Assembly (NCBI GenBank): GCA_047967505.1
Contig: CM106538.1
Source of the DNA: Dipteris shenzhenensis
Taxonomy: Eukaryota
Length of the DNA stretch: 64,000 nucleotides
Direction: 5' to 3' (one strand)
Position numbers and translations under genes: made by a program
Notes under the pieces: generated by a model
What the model was told of the DNA's origin: nothing
Databases searched by the model: none
Seen by the model: the letters and a program-made list of their open reading frames with translations, nothing else
Shown: piece after piece, positions 25,502-36,315 of the stretch
Position numbering within the stretch: position 1 is the stretch's first letter
How the letters are laid out: each line of letters starts with the position of its first letter

Positions 25502-26185
25502 CATAGTTGCCCAAAAACCGCATTTTTGGGCACCCAAAACAGTTCGCTGTTTCCAAATCTAGAAACGGGTTTCGGACAGGTCCCCCAAAAAAAAAAGTGC
25601 TTTTGCAGTGCCTTTGGAATTTATCCAAGGTAACACATATATAGAGCAGCAATCTAAGAGCTTGTAGACACCAATGCTTAGCTATAGAAGCAAAAGTACC
25701 AGCACACACACACACCCGCCTCAACCACCAAGTAAGAACCCATCGGCGGGTAGGGCAGCTTTTGCTCTCCCTCTCCAGCCTCTCCTATTGCTCTCCTCTC
25801 ATCCTACAACCCTCGTCTCAGCCCACTGCCCCTCCTCCTTGCTCTCCTCTCTCGCATATCCTCCTTGCTCACCTCATCCCTTGTCCTCTCCTCCTCTCCT
25901 CCTTGCTCTCCTCTCCAACCTCTCCTCCTTGCTCTCCTCTCCTCCTTGCTCTCCTCAGCCATTGCCCTCTTTTCCTTGCTCTCCTCAGCCCTTGCCCTCT
26001 CCTCTCCTACTTGTTGTCCTCTCAGGCCTTGTTGTATGACATACGTATTAATAATAATTACATATATAATATATATTTTATTAACCTTACAAACCGAAAC
26101 TCCGTTTCTTCTGGTGCCCGAAACTCCGAAACACCGTTTCCTGCCCATTTTCGTTTCCCCGTTTCCGAAACTCCTGGGAACTATG
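25502..26185. mobile_element. Non-autonomous hAT-type DNA transposon (MITE-like, 684 bp)
   Basis: TIRs CATAGTTGCCCA / TGGGAACTATG, perfect 8-bp TSD TTTGAACC (25494-25501 and 26186-26193), subterminal GAAAC/GTTTC motif clusters, and a CT-rich interior. Confidence 0.9.
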
Positions 26186-26599
26186 TTTGAACCCCAATCC
26201 ACCTGCACTGTGTAGCCCTTTACAGCCTATAAATACGCATCTTTCCAGGCCCATAATCTGCTGCTGTTTGCAGCCTCTGGATGCTCCATAACAGCCCCAA
26301 GATAGGACAATTGCATGCATATTTCTGCCTGTCAAATCTTACCCTAGTCTACTGCCAACTATGTCCTCCTAAATGGGGGCTAACAAGAAGGGCAGTGACT
26401 ACTAAGTTCTAACAGATATACCATGATAAGACTAGAATATATCATTTTTTACAAATTAGCATGTTTTTGTGTTAAACGACCGTAAGGACAAAGGAGAGAG
26501 AAACAGAGACCAGGGAAAAAGGGGAAGACATGAAACAAACTAAGAGAAGAGAAAAATAAAAATACCTCAGTAAACAAAGCAACGCTTCTGGGTTTTGAA

Positions 26600-27170
26600 G
26601 ATTCTAGAAGCTATTGGGAAATGTCTGAAGATGTATGAAGGGCAAATCTTTGAAAAATGCAAAATGAAGATGAAGCAGGTTACTCAGCAGCTTACAATCA
26701 TCAGTGAAGAGACCTAAGACAAGGATTCGGTGCCCATAACGTCAAGCAGCTTAGCCGCCTTTCAAGACTTCTGTAACAAGTTTCAACTTAACAAAAAGGA
26801 CTTCGTCTATTGATCTAAGGATCTTACAGACTTGGTTGTGCAAAAAGAGCAAACTTATTACGAATTGGAAACCTATGGATGTGGAGATGAGCATGCTTTT
26901 CCATCATAAGACAGCTGGAAGAGGATACCCATCAGTCAAGTCTCTGGAGATTATGCCCCAAAGGTTTCCAAGAGGTGAAATAAGATAGGACAATATGAAA
27001 GACTTGATAAATGGACTTTATAAGGAGGAGATGGAAGGAGAAAAGCAGCAGCAATCGAATTATAGTACAGGTCATAAAGCTCTTCACTGCAAAGAGTGTG
27101 GACATTTGGCAGATGGACAAGTATGGCATACTTTTGATATTGGAGCTCAATTAATTAATTGTGGAGGGGA
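26600..27170 (+). mobile_element. Possible highly decayed gypsy gag/protease relic
   Basis: 'KPMDVEM', a degenerate knuckle 'YSTGHKALHCK' and 'FDIGAQ' appear in the expected order. Weak. Confidence 0.3.
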
Positions 27171-28245
27171 ACCACTGGCCAAAAATACTCACAACATGTT
27201 CAATAAGCGACGGAAGAAGGCTTCCCAAATGACTGTGATGTAAGCCTTTATAATCGAAGGAGGTAAGGAAAAAAAGGCATAAGACTACTGAACGTATAGG
27301 GTGAGTAGCCTGATGGCCAAGGATTTAGCAGAGGGCCAAGGATAACATGGTGAAAACGCCATCGATCAAATACTCATTGGAAATTGATTTTTAAAAAACT
27401 CGTTACTGTGGGGACCAGAATTGGCAAAGGAGGGGTAGAGGTGAAGGATTCATTAGTGGGGAGCTAGGGGCTTAAGTACAAAGTCCATACCCAATGGTGG
27501 TGTGGCTGAAGTTGGCATGCTTCAGCTTGAAGGAGAAGCTCTCTATCAATTTATTATTGACGTTGGTAAAATGAAAAAGGTGGCCTCAAACAGACTACCC
27601 CAAAAGGCTCTAGAAGCTAGAAAAGCAGGAAGGATATCTCCGGCGATTAAGAATTGGCGACAACAGAAACGATGGATAATTATGGGGCCTAAAATGAAAA
27701 TGGCCTTCAACAAAAGGCGGTTAACCTCGTGCTCACTCAGGGGCAACAAGACTAATTAAAACGAATCTCAATGCATAAAAGAGAAAGCAGAAGGGGCATG
27801 ATCTAGCGATCACAATGGGTCAATCGAGGAAAATCAGTAGAGAAAATGCAAGGTTCCCTGTGGCGGAAAAATCGAGCAGATATCTAGAGCTGCAGCAAGA
27901 GATGTATTCTTGTATTCGCATTTGATCCCATAGGTCGTGATAGGTTTCCCAGTGAGTATTTCACTGCATTTACTCAACCAATATGCGATCTTTACAATTC
28001 TGAAAATATGAGATGAGACTCTGTATGAAGCAAACAGAATCAAAAACTACATTGTAGGCTGATTGGATAAATGTTTGTTGGCATTATGTTCACAAGTGTC
28101 TCGTGCTTTCGAAATCGCCCAATAGAACGGAACGTTGGAATCGTTGGAAAGATAATGCCGAATTGTTTCGTCCGAGAACTACCAGGAGGCGCATTGCATT
28201 TGGCTACGAAGCGGAATGAGAAGCAAAGAAGGGGAAAAAACGTAC

Positions 28246-28348
28246 AAGCAATTTGTTCATGAGAGGGCGATTCCAACGAGCTGTAGAAAGCGAAGAGAGG
28301 CGACGATCGGCAGCGTTGGACGAGCAATCGCCGAGCCGCTGTCTGCAT
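28246..28348 (-). CDS. NDUFA9: NDUFA9 exon 1 (start codon, mitochondrial presequence)
   Basis: Encodes MQTAARRLLVQRCRSSPLFAFYSSLESPSHEQIA, Arg/Ser-rich and similar to the plant N-terminus 'MQVVSRRLVQR'. Donor GTacgt; the phase-1 end joins exon 2 in frame (T+GG = Trp). Confidence 0.8.
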
Positions 28349-29299
28349 GATGGATCGCTTGTTGGCGCAGAGATGAATGAAATGATGAGCAAAGAGCAAA
28401 CCTTACAGCATTTTCATCCAAATTTTTCTACTTTGAATTGAGTTTCATCCAGCATTAGAACTTCATACACAAATGGTTAGGTTTTTTTTTTTTTTTTTTT
28501 TGGAGGGGGGAGGAGGGGGGGGCCCGAAATGTAAAAAGGAAAAACTCAGAGGTACCAAAAATATGAAATTTTACAAGACTCGCTACACGCTTTATTTGCT
28601 ACCAGAACTTCTCGCCATCTCGAACTGAAAAAACACAACACCTCTAGCACCTTGCCCTTTCAGTTTGTAATCATATATGCCTACAAAGGGGATCTTCCGG
28701 ATGTACTGCAAGGAGACAGCACATACAAGATCCCATATCCGTACCTCACATGAGATGAGTCGAGTTGACAAATGGTTAGTATTTTCTGTGTTGAATGAAA
28801 ATCAAATTAAAACAAGACTACCCAAGTGCACCGTGGTAAAGCAAGTGCTTTATGGCATGCCAACTGCAAAGCCAGAGCGTTTGTTTTGTTGGGTTCCCTT
28901 ATTAATAATCTGAGAGGGGATTTAAGGGTTGTCATAATCTAAAGGTGAGATTGTCGCATCTCCTTTGGCATGCCTAGTCAAATTTTTACCTTGTTAATGC
29001 AAAAGAGAATGCGAAAGAGACGTCATACGATTTTTGGCCCTGCTAAGGGTCTATGGAGGGATGGAGAAGTTTTTTGTTAAATCGTTTAGAAGTCAGTTCA
29101 TATGGTCAAGGTGCACCACTAGGAGACAAGAATGAAGAATTTTCCAGACAAGGAACTTTATCTTGTGAAGAGATGTGCCCTTCCATATCCCCCTGCATCT
29201 CTCCATCCACCATCTTTGGCCCCTATGGAGTCCCCATAGTTGATTGCATTTACCTAACCTGATAAATTGCTCATGGCAACCCTATAAAAACAACTCAAC

Positions 29300-31150
29300 T
29301 TGCCTTTATTCAATGGCTTCCCAAGTCCCCCCCTCCACATTATTGTCCTCCACATTGAGATGGGATAACATTAGTAGGCCAACAATTCTTAGGCACGCCC
29401 TGCAAAACCTATGTCATTAAAATATTTTTGAACTATTCAGTCTAAACTATGCACCAGTGCCTTGAATCAATTTCCAATTCACTTTCCTTTCATCCCAACT
29501 GTCAATCCGTCTCTTAATACCCTTCTTACGTATAGATCTAGCCCACGACAGATCAAGCCTGGCCAAAGGCTTTCCTTCCCTCTAACTAGCATGGGACTAC
29601 CAGAGACGCTCTAGTAAACTACCATCACCGCATCACCCACTCCTTCCATTCCATGTTAACAGCGACACACAGGATTTCTAGGCCCTAATTAGGCCTTGCA
29701 CACTATCTGACGTTGCAAGCTTCAAAGGGAAATCTAAAAATATTTTGTCATAATATGAGAGACCATGCCATACCCCCACTTGACCACCTTTAGCCCTATC
29801 AACATACCATCTTACACATTGACACCATGGGGCATTCCATCCAAGACTTGAGGAAGCCATTTGCCTAGAAGAGCAATGTTTCGCACGCAGACATCGGGGA
29901 TTCCAAGCACTCCCTTATCTTTCGGTGCTTTCATAAGCTCCCAGGAGATATAGTGAATTCTCATTCTTCCCTCCTCCTCAACCCACACAAACCTTCTCAA
30001 TAGCTCCTCGATCTCGTTCCAATGTGAATAGGTGCCCACAAAAGGAAAATCCATTAATTACTTGCAACACACGTCGAAAGAAGATAGGTATTAAGCTTAC
30101 GTTGAGGCCACCTTGCATCGATTGATTAAAGTATGCTTGCAAACTAATCTGCCTTAGATTCGTGACTTCTTCAAAAGCTTATGCCTCTCGATTATTTTGC
30201 CGCCACAGCTTCTCAAGAAGCTTCTCCACACCACTATATAGACCAGCCCCCCCAAAGGGCAAAAAGGCAAAGAGGGAGAGGGGAGGAGGGAAGATCGAGC
30301 GAGGAGAAGAACAAGGGAGTTGTAGGAGGGGATCAGAGAGGCCCGAAGTGAGGTGAGATACATGTGCGGAGTGCGAGGCTTAAGCAAGCGTGGCTTGCGA
30401 ATACATTAATCGCAATAAGGCTTTACACCGTTGCTGCTGCAAGAACATGCTTTACTAAGATGCATCTTGCATTCCAACCCAGAGCAATCCCTGACCAAAC
30501 TCTCAATTTCTCCTTGAATTTGCTCAAAAACCATTCAAACCTTTGTTTCAAACTTTAGACCTATTGGAGCTCCCAGATACTTGATTAAGCATCCCCTATC
30601 TATCCACTTGATGGTCAGATCCTTTTCCTAGTTCACCGGAATCTATCCTGAGTCCAAACTCTTTTGGCCAACTACAGCATGATCCCAATGCTAGACCAAA
30701 TGAGTTCAATATACCGAACATATTCCCTACCTAATGCTGATCCTCCTGTGAGAAAACCAGCATATCATCTACAAACATTTGTAGGCACAATTGCCCACCA
30801 TTGGGAAGGCAAAGACCTGCAATTAGCCCCTGCTCCACACCCTTTTTTACTAAATCCATTAGGAAACCGTACAAAAGGCAAACAAAAGTGGGGCCAAAGG
30901 GCAATCTTGCCTTACTGATGTCTTCAGACTGTAGCATCCCACCACACCTCCATTAATGCACAAAATAGGAGAAGCATTCCCAAGCAACATGCTAACCATC
31001 CTTATGAAGCCTTCGCCAAAGCCCAACTTCCTTACACCCTCAAGATAAAATCCCACCTTATTCTATCATATACTTTATCTAGGTCAAGACTAAACAAAAC
31101 ACATTTATGTCTTGAGTTACACATGCATAACAAGGCCTGTAGAGACATTG
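29300..31150 (-). mobile_element. Degenerate plant L1 ORF2 (RT) fragment
   Basis: 'LDLDKVYDRI', 'KLGFGEGFIRMV', 'VRQDCPLAPLLF', 'QMFVDD', 'KYLGAPIG' and 'YISWELMKAPKDKGVLGI...NIALLGKW'. Confidence 0.85.
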
Positions 31151-31306
31151 AGCACATTCTCAAAAATAAAATCTTGTCTCACTGAGTTTTAGGTTTAGGC
31201 TTTTGTCTTTTTGTGAGGGTCCTAAATGATTTTGTCACTTTGTGTGGATTAATTTTTTGGCCTTACATGAGAGGTAGTGAATTATTTTGTCATTGAGCTT
31301 CTATGA

Positions 31307-31530
31307 CACCACCTTTATTAAAAGCATATGAAATGACGGTCTCTTGCCAAAATGGCCACATCACCACTCATATTTAATAGCACCACCTTTACTAAAAGCA
31401 AATGAAATGAGGGTCTCTTGCCAAAATGGCCACGTGCCCACTCATTTAGCTTTTATGACACCACCTTTATTAAAAGCATATTAAATGAGGGTCTCTTGCC
31501 AAAATGGCCAGATCCCCACTCATATTGAAT
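31307..31530. repeat. Tandem repeat, 3 units of ~75 bp
   Basis: Unit 'caccaccttta.taaaagca.at.aaatga.ggtctcttgccaaaatggcca...ccactcat' starts at 31307, 31381 and 31459. Confidence 0.9.
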
Positions 31531-32139
31531 GGCATATCCCCTCTTTCATCTCTTTTCAATCATCTACCTTTCTCCATATTCATTCAATTTTACTAGCATT
31601 TTTCTCTTTCCCTTTTGTAACCTTTTGTTTCCCTTTTATGAGTTATTGGAAAATTTTATAATAATATTTATCCAAGCTACTTTACATTTTCTCTAAATGG
31701 GGACTTAGTAATTGTGCCACCTTGTTGAAAGCAAGGCCATAGTGGTGACTTCAGCATAGATATCTCTCAAAAAACACCACAACCAACAAATCCATGATGG
31801 ACTACTTTCACTTTAGAATTCAAAGAACCAAGTTACTCATTCGCATAATGAAGAGACCATTGCATTGCATACATTTACACATAATACACACTAACACTTA
31901 CACCTACAATAACATTCTAAAAGGCAGGGCCTTAGTGGGACTCCCACCTTGTTTGAATGGATTTGGGAGACTAAAAGGCTTAATTTAGATAATTTTTTTC
32001 AAATTACATGTGGAAATTCATAAATAAAAGAGTTCAATCCCCCACTATCAACAAGAGTGCATGTATGCACACAAGCATTGGCTTTGGCTTCTTATGAGGC
32101 TCTATCAATTAAGGTTCTATCGAAAATAAATTTAACAAA

Positions 32140-33150
32140 GACACGACACAGGGTCCATTAAGGCCTGATCCTCCCTTCAAATGTCAGAGGTAGTGCTTTA
32201 ATATTGCCTTGGTGATGTGCAAAGATTTGCGCCTTTTGGAAATTGAAGCCCAACGAATACATGAATAAGACTACGCTCAAAAGAGCTGATAACTCATCCT
32301 TGGTTGCAACCTAAATAATATTATGTCGTGGACTACAACCATATGAAATATCATCCTTCGATCTTGCATCCCATGTGGCATCTCTATTGTTGATTTCAAA
32401 ACTTATTTGCATCGAGAACATGCATCAAAAGAGACAAATGTTGTAAGAATTCAGGCTAAAGCAACATTGATAATATTAGAGTCTAATAGTATCGACTAAG
32501 TACTTTATTGTATCGAATAAAAACAATCACCGGATAACGCAGGACATTGTCAATTGAGTGCTTGTTTTCAACACTAGGTGCGAGCTCTGGGTCTATAGTT
32601 GCTACGAGAATTACAACTTCATCATCAGATTGAGTTATCATTTCAATAATTGGCTCAAAGAGGTAAGGGTATTTAAAACTGTCATCATAGAAGATCCATG
32701 TTGGGGTTGATACGTTTTCATTGCCACACTGCATACATATCTTTTCGTTTACAGATGACCACACTTGAATTGGTCTTTGAAGGAACTTTGAAAGCCATGC
32801 AATGGCAAATCTATATCTTCAAAGACCACCGCGTTATATCGGAACACTGATTCATGTAAGATATTCGTCATGTGTTTTAACTCCATGTTTTTCACGTATG
32901 AAGCTCAAATCCAAATATGCATTGAAATAGTTTACTGCATGTTGGTCATTGTTGTGCAAGTTCGAAACAAAATTTTGGATTGTTATAGTTCGTAGTTGTT
33001 CATAGGTCATCCCATTTTTCAACAGGTACGTGATTGCATAAAATAAACAATCACTTGGTGTGTAACCATAATGCATGACACGGCTTAACTTCTATTTGTG
33101 CAAGATGTTATCAATTGATTTGTTTGGGTCCAGTGTTGTTATTGAATGCC
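32140..33150 (-). pseudogene. OTU-like cysteine protease pseudogene, probably transposon-borne
   Basis: One frame reads 'KLSRVMHYGYTPSDCLFYAITYLL...EQLR...EYLT*ISVPI*RGGL*RYRFAIAWLSKFLQRPIQVWS...YLFEPII', covering the OTU Cys box, W-G box and His box (CTC for CAC). A possible further exon lies at ~32330-32160. Confidence 0.6.
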
Positions 33151-33420
33151 AGGCTCGCCTTTTTTTTCTTAAAAGAGAAAAAATCTTTCAACAGGGCTAC
33201 CTTTACAATTTTAAATGAATCACTTTGATGTCCTTCTAGAAGCCGTGCATAGCTTAGTAACGAGAATAAAAAATAACTAAAACAATGAAGGTTTTATAAA
33301 TGATATCTCCTGAGCCAGTAGTTATAAGCAAAGTGTTGATAGCAACTTTCCTTTTTTTTATTTGATTATTTTTTCTTTTACAGTCTCAGTAGACAGTCTC
33401 AGTAGACAACAATCTTTTCA

Positions 33421-33500
33421 TTCGGCAGGCATAAAGCCCGTTAGGCAAGCATAAAGCCCGTTTGGCAAGCATAAATCCTGTTTGGCTGGCATAAAGCCCT
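33421..33500. repeat. Tandem repeat, 4 units of 20 bp
   Basis: tt.ggc..gcataaa.cc.g at an exact 20-bp period. Confidence 0.9.
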
Positions 33501-33729
33501 TTCATATAGGCAAACATTAGTTTTCAAGTGAACCGACTTTTTTGGCAAACGGCATTTTTTTCTAGGCGAACCGGCTTTTCTAGCAAACGCTTTTTGGATT
33601 GCAATTTTTTTCCTTTTTTCCAGGCAACGGCTCTAGTAGATCATACTCATCCTCAGCTTCTGAATTCTACAGGCCACATTCGTCTTCAGGATCTATTATT
33701 GGTACATAGGAAACCAACACATTCCCAAA

Positions 33730-34360
33730 TCATAATCACTTAGGAGTATTCAAAAGTGCACTTAATCGTACATATATAGTGATAGTTAAGTCCCATGCGT
33801 TATCTAAGGAAACCCTTTTGAAAATATCTTGAAGAAAATGGTACCAAAACACTCTCTATAATAGAAATTCAATGAAGAGAATGGGCACAATCATTGATCG
33901 GCTTTTTGCGAATCCCATGTGCCATTTCAGCAAAACCTTATAGGGATACCGCAATGCAAATGGGATACACAAAAGCAGACTACAACAAAAACATTCCACA
34001 ATTCTTTTTTTTTTAATAAAGAAAAATTCTGGAAAAAGAACGGAGTCACTCACTGCTGGCCAGCACCTGCGAATTCCATGTGCCATTTCAGCAAACCTTT
34101 GTAGGGATATCCCAAAGAAGATGGAAAACGTGCACTCTTTTTTATGCGTAGGAATACTTTCCAAAAATCGATTGGAAGAAAATCAAGACCATAATCACTT
34201 GGGAGTATTTAAAAGTGCACTCAACCATGCATATATAATAATGCTTAAATCCTGTGTGCCATCTGAGCAAACCCTTTCGGGAATACCCCAAAGCACATAG
34301 GACTAGCGCTCTCACCCTAATGAAACATTTAGTGAAAGAGAACGGGCACATTCATTGACC
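33730..34360. repeat. Degenerate nested direct repeats
   Basis: 'ataatcactt.ggagtatt.aaaagtgcac' at ~33732 and ~34191; 'ccatgtgccatttcagcaaa' at ~33916 and ~34076; 'gggcaca.tcattga' at ~33883 and ~34344. Confidence 0.65.
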
Positions 34361-36315
34361 ATAGACGATCACTCTCTCAAAATTACTGTTGGGATGCCTG
34401 GAAATTTCTCATGTCGTGGTTCCACTATCCATGCGTCATGATGAACCACATGCTAGTGTGCTTTGCTCAATGTTATGCTCACCTTTTGTGACCATCTCAA
34501 CTTCCTCTCAGAACTATGTGCCTTATTGATACAATACTAAATGAGCATCTCTACCATGACGATTGCATCCGCGCACGAAACTATGCTTGGGCAGCTTGCT
34601 TTTAGGAGCTCTTTGATTTGCTTTATGAGGGCTAAAGCCTGAGGGTGTAGTGAAAGGTTTGGTGTAGCAGACAATTCACTAGTGGCCTTGGCTAGGAGCA
34701 GCAAAGCATCACATCCCTACAGCATCAAAGTCTAGGTAAAAACTCTGCGCCAGCCAATGGTCTTGATCGGCGACGTCAAGAGCAACATCAGGATGAGCAA
34801 GCAAGAGCTAAAAGGAAAGCACCTACATAAACAAGTCATGGAAGACGAAGAATATGGTAGTAACTAAAAAGTTGAGTGTGGAAACTTCATCCTTTAGCAA
34901 TGAAGACAGCAGGAGATGGCATGCGTGAATGCCTAGAAGCTCAACAGCTCTATGGAAAGCTTTATGGGAGATTTTACTTGCATCCGAGTGCACAGAGACC
35001 TTGAAGGAACCTTTGGAAAAGTCACTTTGGTTTTGCGAAGTGGTTTTGAGAGCCTGTTAAGTGTTTTCAAAGAAAAAGTCGTTTTTTAAGCTTTTCCCTG
35101 TTCCATTCGATGACAGAGACTCCGTATTGACTTGTAGAGGCAACCATTGCCTGCTTTTGGTGTCCATTTCACTTCAGGAGCTTGGAAACACCTTCATTCT
35201 TGAATTTGGGATCATTTCGTTGGATTTCAATGTTTTTCTGCCCGAGTGTTGGAACTCAAGTTTGGAGCAACCATTTGCATATTTGTCAGTTCCGGTGGAC
35301 TCAGGAGGTCCTAAAACTTCTATGTTGCTCATCATTCACACTCCGGTGGAGTTTACAAACAGTTCAGTTTCCAAAAACGTTTTTCAGTCGGTGTGTTAGA
35401 CCCAGTGATTGGGACCACAGTTTCCAAAACCGTCTATCCCATTGCGTTTCGGACGCCTAAAAACCCCTACCTGTCAGTTCTTGCACGATTCGGTGGAGTA
35501 TTTTCAGAGTTATAGATCTCTGTGTATTTGATTTCTTCTCTCTGTTATGCATTTTTCATTCTAAGGTTTTGAAACCTTAGATTTATGCCACATGGCAATG
35601 GATAAGTGTTGGCTCCCATTTCTCACTCATCGGTTGGGATTTTGGAGTTCCAACAGAAGAGAGATCTTTGCAAATTCTCTTGTTGAGTCCGATTATGCAA
35701 TGGCACCCATGTTTTTAGGCATCTCAGGTTCTATTTTCAGTAGCGGTCATTATCGTGGAACCATGATTTCTTGAGCATACCTTATGCAGATCACTCTGGT
35801 TTTGTAGTTTGAGCCGTGTGCACTCATTCATGGTGTGCATTGCGTTGCAGTGGATGATTTATAGGCCATTTGGATGCATTGCGATCCTTATTGGATGCGC
35901 TGATAGGCCCAAATTGCCTTGTGGGATGCTTTTTTTTTTTGGACGCTTTGCACATGGATGCTATTTTATGCTGAGGGACAAATTTGACACATTGCAGTTG
36001 ATGCACTGATAGTGTTATGCTCTCTTGGATGAGATATTGTTGATGCATATGCCCATGGATGGTGTTTATGCTTGAGCCATTTGGCACTTATTGGCATTTT
36101 GGATTGCCATTGCAGTTGGCATTTTCTTTTGGGCCAGATTTGCTCATATGGATGCATAGTACATGCACATGAGTCAGCTGTATCTTTTGATGCTTTGAGC
36201 TTTGAGTTTTGATGATATATCACTCTATGGTGGCATACACATTTGGGTGCACCTGGTATTTGGTGTGATTCTCTCTTGCAGGCACTAGCATTTGGGATTT
36301 TGCTTTATTTGCATC

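Noticed and set aside
25674-26215. Several 116-142-aa ORFs on both strands
   Set aside because: They are translations of the CT-rich core of the hAT MITE and have no domain content.
31307-33500. Regularly spaced repeats as a CRISPR array
   Set aside because: Units are contiguous with no unique spacers, there are no cas genes, and the context is eukaryotic.
34387-35655. TGTTGGGA...TTCCAACA as the 5' LTR of the 36-43 kb copia, or as a solo LTR
   Set aside because: Flanks do not match (ATTAC versus GAAGA) and there is no similarity to the 43027-43225 LTR. The PBS-like TGGTTTTGAGAGCC at ~35041 is too degenerate to call.
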